Source: Candidatus Eiseniibacteriota bacterium (lineage in GTDB: Bacteria; Eisenbacteria; RBG-16-71-46). From it: a stretch of 64,000 bases of DNA. How positions within the stretch are numbered: position 1 is the first letter of the stretch; each line of letters begins with the position of its first letter. The stretch covers positions 1 to 64,000 of the forward strand of contig CAVZLN010000003.1 in the NCBI GenBank assembly GCA_963776245.1, given 5' to 3'. Below the pieces are notes generated by a model that ran no database searches, was not told the origin of the DNA, and worked only from the letters and a program-made list of their open reading frames with translations. The position numbers were made by a program, and so were the translations under genes. Positions 11,973-20,946 of the stretch are shown in pieces.

Positions 11973-13049
11973 TCACGACGAGGGCGCGGACCCGGGCCCC
12001 TCGCGCTCCGGCGCCGGGGCGGCCGCCGGCTCCGCGGCGGGCGCCGGCGGCGTGGTGGGATCGAGCGCCACCCCGACGCCGTCCTCGGCCTGGCCCTCGG
12101 TGCGCGCGTGATACTCCTCGAAGGCGCGGATGATGTCGCGCACCAGCTTGTGGCGCACCACGTCCTCGGGGTGGAAGTAGACGAAGCGCACCCCCGGCAG
12201 GTCGCCGAGGATGGTCTGGATGCGCACCAGCCCCGAGGCCGCCGGGTCCTTGAGATCGATCTGCGTCACGTCACCGGTGATCACGGCGCGCGAGTTCATG
12301 CCCATGCGGGTGAGGAACATCTTCATCTGCCGCACGGTGGTGTTCTGCGCCTCGTCGAGGATGACGAAGGCGTTGTGCAGCGTGCGCCCGCGCATGAACG
12401 CGAGCGGGGCGATCTCGATCACGCCGAGCTCGATGTAGCGCCGCATCTTGTCGTAGGACATCAGGTCGGCGAGCGCGTCGTACATCGGCCGCAGGTACGG
12501 GTCCACCTTCTCCTGCATGTCGCCCGGCAGGAAGCCCAGGTTCTCGCCCGCCTCGACCGCGGGGCGCACCAGCACGATGCGGTCCACCTTCTTCTGGCGG
12601 AGCGCGTTCACCGCCGCGGCCACCGCGAGGTAGGTCTTGCCGGTGCCCGCGGGCCCGATGGCGAACACGACGTCGTGGTCGGCGAGCGCCTTGAGGTAGT
12701 CGGCCTGCGTGGGCGTGCGCGCGCGCACGCTCTTGCGGTCGAACGACCAGCCCGGGGCGCCATGGTACGAGTCGGCGAGCGAGCCGTTGCCGTTGCGTCG
12801 GGTCTGGCCCAGCGCCGTGGCGACATCGGCCTCTTCGACCACCTTGCCGCGCTCGGCCAGTTCGACCAGCTCGAGCATCGCCTTGGACGCGACGCCGACC
12901 ATCTCGTCCTCGCCCGACACCGTGATGGTGCCGTCGCGCAGCGTGACTCGCACCGCCAGCGCACGCTCGATGTGGCGCAGGTTGGCGTCGTTCTGCCCCA
13001 GCAGGATGATGGGATCGAGATGCTCGATGGGGAACTTGCGGACGATCAC
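11973..13049 (-). CDS. phoH: PhoH-like ATPase
   Basis: GPAGTGKTYLA, RPAVEAGENLGFLPG, MRGRTL and ILDEAQN motifs; GAGG upstream of the GTG start. Confidence 0.96.
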   Translation of the reverse strand: MIVRKFPIEHLDPIILLGQNDANLRHIERALAVRVTLRDGTITVSGEDEMVGVASKAMLELVELAERGKVVEEADVATALGQTRRNGNGSLADSYHGAPGWSFDRKSVRARTPTQADYLKALADHDVVFAIGPAGTGKTYLAVAAAVNALRQKKVDRIVLVRPAVEAGENLGFLPGDMQEKVDPYLRPMYDALADLMSYDKMRRYIELGVIEIAPLAFMRGRTLHNAFVILDEAQNTTVRQMKMFLTRMGMNSRAVITGDVTQIDLKDPAASGLVRIQTILGDLPGVRFVYFHPEDVVRHKLVRDIIRAFEEYHARTEGQAEDGVGVALDPTTPPAPAAEPAAAPAPEREGPGSAPSS

Positions 13050-13071
13050 CTTAGGACCTCATTTCCCGATG

Positions 13072-13234
13072 AAACGCAAAACTCTTGACCACGAAGGCCG
13101 CAGCATCGGGCCAGGTCAAGAGTGCCGACCGCTTCGGGAAGAGCCGGGCGTTTGGGTTCAACCGGAGTCCTCGCAGAGGCTTCGGTGTGTCTCGCGTGCT
13201 CGTTGATGCCTCCACTTCCGCGACCGAGACCACA
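13072..13234 (-). ncRNA. Candidate structured RNA or 5' leader upstream of phoH (6S-like rod or attenuator)
   Basis: Dedicated promoter; 13229-13215 pairs with 13097-13083; perfect 10-bp inverted repeat 13081-13090/13114-13123 followed by a U-rich tract. Confidence 0.55.
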
Positions 13235-13240
13235 GCGGGA

Positions 13241-13269
13241 ACCGTAGCATCGGGCTCGGGGAGCGTCAA
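13241..13269 (-). promoter_or_regulatory. Sigma70-type promoter
   Basis: TTGACG-17 bp-TACGGT with extended -10 TG. Confidence 0.7.
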
Positions 13270-13381
13270 TCGTGATGGCGTCGGGCCACCGGGAGGTTCA
13301 CGCGCGGTGCAGGTCGGGCCCGCGGGAGGTATCGGCCGGTCGGGCGGCGTTCCTCACCGCCCCGCCCGGGCGCCGCACCCC

Positions 13382-13876
13382 TCACGCGGGCTCTTCGTCC
13401 TCGAGCGCCACCAGCGCGGCCCCGCCCGCGACCATCTGGCCGACCGCGGCGTTCACGCGCGCGATGCGCCCATCGCGCGGGGCCCGGATGGCGTGCTCCA
13501 TCTTCATCGCCTCGATGGCGAGCAGCGGCTGCCCCTTGCGGACCGTGTCGCCCGCGGCCACCAGCACCTTGGTGACCACCCCCGGCATCGGCGCCTCGAG
13601 GCCGCCCGCGTGCGCGGCGCCCCGGCGCACCCGGCCGGCCTCGCGCTCGAGCACGAAGTCGAGCGTGCCGAGGCGCACGAAACGGCGGCTTCCCGCCGGG
13701 GTGACCTCGGCGATGGTGACGCCCTCGGCGGTCACCAGCCGCAGGTGGCCGCCCTCCAGCGGCTCGGCGCTCACGCGCACCTCCGCGTCGTCCACCCGCA
13801 CCCGGTAGACGCCGCCGCCCTCGGGGCTCACCTCGACCTCGCGCGTGCGCGCGCCATCGCGATAGAGCGCGCGCAT
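13382..13876 (-). CDS. Biotin carboxyl carrier (BT-BCCP) part of an acyl-CoA carboxylase alpha subunit
   Basis: LEAPMPGVV and EAMKME biotinylation motif; TGATG-coupled to the biotin carboxylase. Confidence 0.9.
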   Translation of the reverse strand: MRALYRDGARTREVEVSPEGGGVYRVRVDDAEVRVSAEPLEGGHLRLVTAEGVTIAEVTPAGSRRFVRLGTLDFVLEREAGRVRRGAAHAGGLEAPMPGVVTKVLVAAGDTVRKGQPLLAIEAMKMEHAIRAPRDGRIARVNAAVGQMVAGGAALVALEDEEPA

Positions 13877-15390
13877 CACTCGAGCCCCGGATGGCGCCAC
13901 CGGCCGACGCCCGCGAACGCGTCCCGCGCGGCCGGCTCGCCCTCCGCGCCGGCGCCCGCGGCCGGCTCGATGCGCGTGAGGCCGAGCATCTCGGCGAGCG
14001 CCGCGGCCGCGACCGCGAGGTCGGGCACCGGCGCGTTGGCGAGCGCCGCGAAGCCGTCGAGGAACTCGCGCTCGATCCACTCGGTGTCGAAGGCCGCGCG
14101 TCCCACCGCTTCGTTCCGCGCCAGCGCGCGCAGGAACGGCAGGTTGGTGACCACCCCATGCACGCGCGCCTCGTCGAGCGCGCCGGTGAGCCGCTGCAGG
14201 GCGAGCGCGCGGTCGGGGCCGTAGGCGACGATCTTCGCCAGCATCGGGTCGTAGTGCACCGTGACCCGGTCGCCGGTCTCCACGCCGCGGTCCACGCGCA
14301 CGAACGCGCCATGCGGCCAGCGCACGCGCACCAGCTCGCCCGACTGCGGCAGGAAGCCGTGCGCCGCGTCCTCGGCGTACACGCGCGCCTCGAACGCGTG
14401 CCCGCGGCGCCGCAGCTGGTCCTGTGTCCAGGGCAGCCGGCCCTCGGCCGCGACCTCGAGCTGCGCGCGCACCAGGTCCACGCCCGTCACCAGCTCGGTG
14501 ACCGGGTGCTCCACCTGCAGGCGGGTGTTCATCTCGAGGAAGTGGAACGCCCCGTGGGCGTCCACCAGGAACTCGCAGGTGCCGGCGCCGCGGTAGCGCA
14601 CCGCCTGCGCCAGCGCCACCGCCGCGGCGGTGAGCCGCCCGCGCAACGCGTCGTCCACCGCGGCCGACGGGCTCTCCTCGACCACCTTCTGATGCCGCCG
14701 CTGGAGCGAGCACTCGCGCTCGAACAGGTGCACCGCGCCGCCGTGGCCATCGCCCAGCACCTGCACCTCGATGTGGCGCGGGCGCTCGACCCGCTTCTCG
14801 AGATACACCGTGCCGTCGCCGAACGCCGCGGCCGCCACGCGCCGCGCGCTCTCCACCGCCTCGGCCAGCTCGGCCGCGCCGTGCACCACGCGCATGCCCT
14901 TGCCGCCGCCGCCCAGCGCCGCCTTCACCATCACCGGCCAGCCCATCGCCTCGGCGGCGCGCGCGAGCGCGTCGAGATCGGCGCCCTCGGCCCCCGGCAC
15001 CACCGGCACGCCCGCCTGGACCGCCAGCTGGCGTGCCGCGCGCTTGTCACCCATCGAGCGGATCTGCGCGGGCGTCGGACCGATGAAGGCGAGCCCGGCG
15101 CGCTCCACCGCCTCCGCGAAGCCGGCGTTCTCGGCGAGGAAGCCGTAGCCCGGGTGGACCGCGTCGGCGCCGCTCTTGCGGGCCGCCTCGAGCAGCGCCT
15201 CGGTGCTCAGGTACGACGCGCGTGGTTCGGCCGGCCCGATGACGTAGGTCTCGTTGGCGATGCGGGTATGGAGCGCGCCGCGGTCGGCCTCGGAGCACAC
15301 CGCCACCGAGCGCACCCCCAATTCGTGCAGGGTGGACGCGATGCGGCACGCGATCTCGCCGCGATTGGCGATCAGGACCTTGCGGAACAT
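13876..15390 (-). CDS. Biotin carboxylase (methylcrotonyl-CoA carboxylase alpha-like)
   Basis: KVLIANRGEIA, HPGYGFLAEN, GGGGKGMR, ERECSLQRRHQK and EMNTRLQVEHPVTE motifs. Confidence 0.95.
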   Translation of the reverse strand: MFRKVLIANRGEIACRIASTLHELGVRSVAVCSEADRGALHTRIANETYVIGPAEPRASYLSTEALLEAARKSGADAVHPGYGFLAENAGFAEAVERAGLAFIGPTPAQIRSMGDKRAARQLAVQAGVPVVPGAEGADLDALARAAEAMGWPVMVKAALGGGGKGMRVVHGAAELAEAVESARRVAAAAFGDGTVYLEKRVERPRHIEVQVLGDGHGGAVHLFERECSLQRRHQKVVEESPSAAVDDALRGRLTAAAVALAQAVRYRGAGTCEFLVDAHGAFHFLEMNTRLQVEHPVTELVTGVDLVRAQLEVAAEGRLPWTQDQLRRRGHAFEARVYAEDAAHGFLPQSGELVRVRWPHGAFVRVDRGVETGDRVTVHYDPMLAKIVAYGPDRALALQRLTGALDEARVHGVVTNLPFLRALARNEAVGRAAFDTEWIEREFLDGFAALANAPVPDLAVAAAALAEMLGLTRIEPAAGAGAEGEPAARDAFAGVGRWRHPGLE

Positions 15391-15551
15391 GGCGCGGGGA
15401 AGATAGACCATCTCCGCGGTGCTGCCCACCGCGCCCCGCGGCCGGCGGTCGCGAGCGCGGCGGATGGCGCGACGGCGGCCCGTCACCTGTGATAGAAGAC
15501 GGCACGCACGCGCCACCAGGCGCGCGGGGCCCTCGAATGCCCGGGAGGCAC

Positions 15552-17003
15552 GTGAACACCCCATCCCCGACCCGCCGCGACGATTCCCTCGGCCGCGCCC
15601 GGCGCACGCTGCTGCTCGCCGCCTTCGCCGTGTACGCCATCACGGTCCTGCCGCGGCTGCTCAACTACGGCGTGTTCTTCGACGGCCTGACGTACGCGAG
15701 CATCGCGCGGAACCTGGCCGAGGGGCACGGCACGTTCTGGCGCCCGTACTACACCGACTTCGTGTACCCGGTGTTCTACGAGCACCCGCCGCTGGGGCCC
15801 TATCTCCAGTCGTTCGTCTTCCGCCTCGTGGGGGACGCCTACTTCGTCGAGGTGGCGTACGGGGTGTGCCTCGGCGCGGTCACTCTGCTGCTGATGGGGC
15901 GGTTCTGGGACGCCGTGGCGCGCGGGCGCGGGCGCGGCGGGGCGTGGCTGGCGATCCTGCTGTTCGCCTCGATGCCGACGGTGTCGTGGAGTTTCACCAG
16001 CAACATGCTGGAGAACACGCTGGTGGTGTTCGTGCTGCTCGCCGCCCTCGGATTCGTGCGCGCCATGACCAGCACCGGATGGCGGTCCCACGTGTACGCG
16101 GTGCTGGGGACCGCCGCGGTGGTCCTCGGCCTGCTGGTGAAGGGACCGGTGGCGCTGTTCCCGCTCGCGATCCCGTTCCTGCACTGGCTGGTGTTCCGCG
16201 AGTGTCCGGTCGGGAAGCCGCTGCGGGTGTATGCGCTCGCGGCCGTGGCGGGCGGCGCGATGGCGCTCGCGCTGTTCGCGCCGGATCCCGACGCGCGCGC
16301 GTTCGTGGCGCACTACTACGACAAGCAGCTGGTGCGGGCGCTGTCGGGTCAGCGCGGGACCACGCCGCGGTACCTGTTCCTGATCAAGGCGGCGATGGAG
16401 TCCCTGGTGCCGTGGGCCATCGGCCTCGCGCTCGGCCTGTGGACGCGGACCGGCGTGCGCGTGACGGGTGACCGCGTGTTCGCCTTCCTGCTCGCGCTCG
16501 CGGCGGCGGGCAGCCTGCCGTTGATGGTCAGCCCGAATCAGATGGGCTGGTACGTCTTCCCGGCGCTGCCGTTCTTCGGCCTCGCCTACGCCGCCCTCGG
16601 CCACCGGATCGGCGCGGCGGTCGAGCACGCCGTGGCGACCTCGTCACGGGTCCGGCGGGCGGTGAGCGGGGCCGCCCTGGCACTGCTGTGCGTCGCCGTG
16701 GCGGGCGCCGCCCTCGGCCGCCACCTCGTGGTGAAGGCGAAGGACTTCCACCACGACTTCACCGTCCAGCGGGTGGAACTCCCGCCGCGCCAGCTCGTCT
16801 CGGCGGTCCCCGGCGACCTGAGCCGCGACTGGGCGCTGGTGGCGAACCTGCAGCGTTCCTACCGCGCGAGCATCGTGGACACGCTCGGCGCGCCCTATCT
16901 CATCACCACGGTGGAGCACGCCGCGGACTCGCTCGTGGTGCGCCGGTACCAGCGGATCCATCCCGGCCACCCGGCCCGCTACGTCCTCCACCGACTGCGC
17001 TGA
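15552..17003 (+). CDS. ArnT/PMT-like (GT-C) membrane glycosyltransferase
   Basis: FFDGLTYASIARNL, FYEHPPL and GLLVKGPVAL motifs; many TM helices; GGAGG RBS. Confidence 0.85.
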   Translation: MNTPSPTRRDDSLGRARRTLLLAAFAVYAITVLPRLLNYGVFFDGLTYASIARNLAEGHGTFWRPYYTDFVYPVFYEHPPLGPYLQSFVFRLVGDAYFVEVAYGVCLGAVTLLLMGRFWDAVARGRGRGGAWLAILLFASMPTVSWSFTSNMLENTLVVFVLLAALGFVRAMTSTGWRSHVYAVLGTAAVVLGLLVKGPVALFPLAIPFLHWLVFRECPVGKPLRVYALAAVAGGAMALALFAPDPDARAFVAHYYDKQLVRALSGQRGTTPRYLFLIKAAMESLVPWAIGLALGLWTRTGVRVTGDRVFAFLLALAAAGSLPLMVSPNQMGWYVFPALPFFGLAYAALGHRIGAAVEHAVATSSRVRRAVSGAALALLCVAVAGAALGRHLVVKAKDFHHDFTVQRVELPPRQLVSAVPGDLSRDWALVANLQRSYRASIVDTLGAPYLITTVEHAADSLVVRRYQRIHPGHPARYVLHRLR

Positions 17004-17030
17004 CGCCCCCGCGCGTCGGAGGCGGCGGGC

Positions 17031-19364
17031 TCAGCGCGGCCCGCTCAGGGCACGGGCCGCCCGCGCGGCCAGCTCGGGATCGGGCCCGTAGCGCACGATC
17101 TCCAGCTCGGCGCGCGCGGCGGCGAGGTCGCCGAGGTGCTGGAGCACGCCGGCGCGCTGCAGCCGCAGCAGCCCGGGCACCTCGCTCCGTCCCTCGAGCG
17201 CGCGCTCGGTGCGCCCGAGCGCCTGGAGCGCCTCGTTCCACGCGCCGAGCTGGATCGAGGCATCGACCAGGGTCAGGCACGCGGTCACGTCGTCCGGCTC
17301 CATGGTCGCGACCGCGGCGGCGAGCCGGCGCGCGGGCTCGGGCGCGCCGCGCTCGAGCAGTTCCATCGCCATCCACTGCGCGAACCGCGCGTAGCGCTCG
17401 GCGAACAGCCCGCGCAGGCTCCCCACCCACGGCGCCGGCTCCCCGTCCGCCGACAGCGGGGCCTCCACCCCGCGCATGCCGGGCGGCGCCAGCGCGCGGT
17501 CGTAGGCCACGCGATAGCCCGGGCTCACGCGCTCGGTCCACCACAGCGGTGGCAGCGGGCCCAGCGCCGCCACCGCCGCGCGGGTGCGCGGGCCGAGCCG
17601 GTAGATCGTGAGCACCGGCCCCCGGTCCCCGCCCTCGGCGCCGAAACGTGCGGCCACCTCGGCGGTGGAATCGAGCAGCGCGTAGAACCCCCGCGGGACC
17701 GGGTAGCGCGCCGGGTCGGCCTCGAACCGCCCGCGCACCGCGCTGCTGGTCACCACCACGTCCACCCCGTCGAGCAGGCGGGGGTCGTACACCACCTGGT
17801 TGAGGTCGCCGGGATGGGGGACGACGGTGAGCGTGATGGGGGGGCCCTGGAGCGGGTGCATGGTGGCGCTGGTGGTGCCCACCACCGCGAGCGGGATCAT
17901 CACCGCGGCCAGCGTGGGCCGCGCCTCGTAGGCCGCGCGCCAGCGCGGGCTCGCCGCCGCGAACACCGCGCTGGCCCGCAGCTCACCGGCGCGCAGGCGC
18001 TCGAGCACCGGCGCGGCGTAGACCTCCTGGAGCAGCAGGTCGTGGCGCGTGAGATGGCTCTCGAGCCACCGCCGCGCCGCGCCGCGCGAGGCGTAGGGGT
18101 CGCTCCCCGCGGCGCGCAGCCCCGACCGCAGCGCCGGCGCCACCATCGCCACCACCAGCGCCGCGACCACCGCGGCGCGCGCGCGGCCGCTCAGGCGGGC
18201 GCCCAGCGCCAGCGCCGCTTCGGCCGCGAGGAGCGCGGCGAACGGGAGCACCGGCACCAGGTAGCGCTCCACCTCGACGTGCGCCACCGCGATCGGGACG
18301 CCGAACGCGAGCACGCACGTCCAGAGCACCGCGCGGTCGGCCTGCGCCTCGTCCGTCACCCGCGCAGCCGCGGACGGCCCGCGGCGTCCGAGCAGGCCGA
18401 GCACCAGCGCCCCCGCGGAGGCCGCGAGCAGCGCGACCGCGACCCAGCCGAGGTCGCCCACCAGCTTGTGCGCCTGGTAGGAGAGCCCGGCGCGGTCCAG
18501 ATCGCCGAAGTGCCCCCCCGCGGCGACGTGGCTCACGAACCCGAGGTCGCTCAGGAACGCGCTCCGATCCAGCACCGCGTAGGGGGTCGTGACCAGGAAC
18601 GCCGTCGCCGCCAGCGCCGCGTGGAGCGGCCAGCGCGCCAGCCCGCGCGCGCCGTCGCGGCTCCACAGCACGAGCGCGAGCGGCAGCAGCGCCACCGCGC
18701 CCGGGTACTTGGCGCCGGCCGCGAGCCCCACCAGCACCGCCGCGACCGCGAGCCGGGCGCCGCCGTGGCGGCGCCACGCCAGCATGCGCTCCACCGCCGC
18801 GACCACCAGCGCCATCATGAAGGTGTCCGACTGGATGGTGCGCGAGCACTCCATGAGGACGGGCGAACACGCGAGCATCAGGGCGGCGAGCACGCCCGCA
18901 CCGCGCCGCATGCGCTCGCCCAGCACCGCCACGCAGCCGATCCCGAGCGCGTCGAAGGCGATGCTCAGCGCCCGCGCCGGCACCACCATGGCGGTGGGAT
19001 CGGTCTGGAACGCGATCGCGTAGTCGGCCGGGCCCGCGAACCATCCGAGCATCCTGCCGAGCGCGAGGTGAGCCTGCTGCAGGAGCAGGTTCAGATCGAG
19101 CGTGAGGGACGGGTAATGGAAGAAGTGCGGGTCCCAGTCCACCGCGCCGGAGACCGGGTCCCACATCCCGAGCGCCTTGCGGAACGGGATCGCCTCGTCG
19201 AGGAAGTCGGGCAGCCCGAGGCGCACGCCCCACAGCCGCAGCGCGAGGGCGAGCGCGATCACGAGCGGCACACCGAGGCGCACGAGCGCATCGGAGCTCG
19301 CGACCGGGACCGCGGGGACTGGCCGTCCGGCTCGCCGACGGGGGGTCGGGCTGGCGCGCCGCAT
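17031..19364 (-). CDS. GT-C (PMT/GT39-like) glycosyltransferase with C-terminal TPR-like helices
   Basis: ALRLWG...DFLDE, PHFFHYPSL, GLAAGAKYPG and ERYLVP motifs; helical repeat C-terminus. Confidence 0.82.
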   Translation of the reverse strand: MRRASPTPRRRAGRPVPAVPVASSDALVRLGVPLVIALALALRLWGVRLGLPDFLDEAIPFRKALGMWDPVSGAVDWDPHFFHYPSLTLDLNLLLQQAHLALGRMLGWFAGPADYAIAFQTDPTAMVVPARALSIAFDALGIGCVAVLGERMRRGAGVLAALMLACSPVLMECSRTIQSDTFMMALVVAAVERMLAWRRHGGARLAVAAVLVGLAAGAKYPGAVALLPLALVLWSRDGARGLARWPLHAALAATAFLVTTPYAVLDRSAFLSDLGFVSHVAAGGHFGDLDRAGLSYQAHKLVGDLGWVAVALLAASAGALVLGLLGRRGPSAAARVTDEAQADRAVLWTCVLAFGVPIAVAHVEVERYLVPVLPFAALLAAEAALALGARLSGRARAAVVAALVVAMVAPALRSGLRAAGSDPYASRGAARRWLESHLTRHDLLLQEVYAAPVLERLRAGELRASAVFAAASPRWRAAYEARPTLAAVMIPLAVVGTTSATMHPLQGPPITLTVVPHPGDLNQVVYDPRLLDGVDVVVTSSAVRGRFEADPARYPVPRGFYALLDSTAEVAARFGAEGGDRGPVLTIYRLGPRTRAAVAALGPLPPLWWTERVSPGYRVAYDRALAPPGMRGVEAPLSADGEPAPWVGSLRGLFAERYARFAQWMAMELLERGAPEPARRLAAAVATMEPDDVTACLTLVDASIQLGAWNEALQALGRTERALEGRSEVPGLLRLQRAGVLQHLGDLAAARAELEIVRYGPDPELAARAARALSGPR

Positions 19365-19579
19365 GGTTCCTCCGACTGTGCCGCGGCCACCCCTCTCCCG
19401 CTCGCTGCGGGGTCCGCGGGGGCGGCGCGCCGGACGAGTCTAACCCACGCCCGTCGCGCTCCAGCGGCCGTTCTTCGCTCGCGAGGCCCCGCGGCCCGGG
19501 GCGGCGGTCCAGGCGGCGGCCGGGCTGGCGGTGGGGCGGTCCACTCGAGCCGGCGCCCGGGCGGTGCCCGCTCGGCCCG

Positions 19580-19588
19580 TGCTAGGCT
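19580..19588 (+). promoter_or_regulatory. Extended -10 promoter for a probable leaderless mRNA
   Basis: TG-C-TAGGCT followed 6 nt later by ATG 19595. Confidence 0.6.
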
Positions 19589-19594
19589 GGACGC

Positions 19595-20074
19595 ATGATC
19601 CGGCGCATGACCCTGTCCTTGCTGACCGCCGCGGCCCTCGCCGGCGCCCCCGCCGCGGTCGCGCGCACGGGCGGCGCGAGCGCCCAGAAGGTCGTGCACA
19701 CCTACACCTGAGCCGATCTGCGGGTCCCGTCGGGGCCCGTCGTGGATGCGGAGTTCGCGCTGTTCCACATGCACCGGGCGCTGTGGGACCCGGTGGATCC
19801 CGAACTGCTGGGCTCGCTCGCGCCCGAGCTGCACGCGACCGTGAACGGCGAGATCTACCGCTTCGGCAGCGCCGCGACCCTGCGTCGGTTCCGGGCCGCC
19901 CCCGCGCTCTACTGCGGGCTGCTCCGCGACCCGGTCACGGGCGAGCGCTTCTGGCCGTCCACCCGCTCGCCGCGCGCCGAATGGGGCGGCGGGCCGTACC
20001 TGTTCGCCAGCGATTCGACGCGCCTCGCGTTCGAGCGCGATCCGCGGCGCTACGAGGTGAAGCGGGGCTCGTGA
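19595..20074 (+). CDS. Exported tandem YHS-like domain protein, probable selenoprotein (UGA at codon 39)
   Basis: ATG 19595, TGA 19709 and ORF 19742-20074 share one frame. Signal peptide MIRRMTLSLLTAAALAGAPAAVA; two DPV...G..Y.F.S......F...P..Y repeats; SECIS-like hairpin after the UGA. Confidence 0.72.
19712..19749 (+). promoter_or_regulatory. Candidate bacterial SECIS element
   Basis: Stem GCGGGUCCC (19720-19728) / GGGGCCCGU (19732-19740); apical loop GUC starts 17 nt after the UGA; lower stem AUCU/GGAU. Confidence 0.62.
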
Positions 20075-20102
20075 GCGCGGCGGGCCGGCGGCCGCGCCGC
20101 GG

Positions 20103-20879
20103 CTACGTCATCCACTTCGGCCGGCGCTTCTCGAAGAACGCGGCGAGGCCGTCCTTCCCTTCGTCGCCGGAGCGCGCCTCGGCGAGGGCGCGCGGCAGCG
20201 CGGCGCGGTACTCCTCCCAAGGCGTGTCGGCGTAGAGCGCGAGCAGCGACTTGATGCGCTGCTGGGCCAGCGGGCCGCCGGCCAGCAGCGCCTGCACGCG
20301 CTCCTCCACCGCCGCGTCGAGCCCCGCCAGCGGCACCACGCGGTTCACCAGCCCCACGCGCAGCGCCTGCTCGGCGCCGAAGCGCTCGCCGGTGAGCATC
20401 AGCTCGCGCGCCGAGCGGTCCCCGAGGCGGCGCAGCACGTACCCGCTGATGATGCCGGGGATGATCCCGAGCCGCACCTCGCTGAAGCCGAAGCGCGCGT
20501 CGTCGCTCGCCACCACGATGTCGCAGCAGCACACCAGGCCCACCCCGCCGCCGAACACGCTGCCCTGCACCCGCGCGACGACCGGCTTGGGGAAGTCGGC
20601 GAGCGCCGCGAACACGCCCGCGAAGCGTTCGGCCTCGGCAAGGTTCTGGTCGAAAGTGGCCCCGGCGCTCGCCCTCATCACGGTGAGATCCGCGCCGGCG
20701 CAGAACGACGGGCCCCGCCCGCCCAGCACCACCGCGCGCACCGCGGGGTCGTGCTCCACCGCGCGCAGCGCGCCGATCAGCTCGGCGCCCAGTTCCGCGG
20801 ACATCGCGTTGTGCTGCTCGGGGCGGTCGAACCACAGGTGCGCGACCGGTCCGGAGCGTTCGGTGTCGATCAGGGCCAT
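20103..20879 (-). CDS. liuC: Enoyl-CoA hydratase (methylglutaconyl-CoA hydratase-like)
   Basis: RPEQHNAM, FCAGADL, GGGVGLVCCCD and FSEVRLGIIP motifs; follows liuB. Confidence 0.85.
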   Translation of the reverse strand: MALIDTERSGPVAHLWFDRPEQHNAMSAELGAELIGALRAVEHDPAVRAVVLGGRGPSFCAGADLTVMRASAGATFDQNLAEAERFAGVFAALADFPKPVVARVQGSVFGGGVGLVCCCDIVVASDDARFGFSEVRLGIIPGIISGYVLRRLGDRSARELMLTGERFGAEQALRVGLVNRVVPLAGLDAAVEERVQALLAGGPLAQQRIKSLLALYADTPWEEYRAALPRALAEARSGDEGKDGLAAFFEKRRPKWMT

Positions 20880-20946
20880 GGCCTCTCCATTCCTCGCTGC
20901 GGGTCGCCCGGCAGGAGTGCTTCCGCCTCCCGGGGGACCCCGTGCC

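Noticed and set aside
13072..13234. T-box, glycine or ZTP riboswitch identity for the phoH leader
   Set aside because: No GGTGGNACC T-box; CACCGAAG and GGAAGTGGAG fragments are present but the other consensus elements are not.
13051..13269. 72-aa ORF upstream of phoH
   Set aside because: Its TTG start is the -35 box; the region is better explained as a promoter plus structured RNA.
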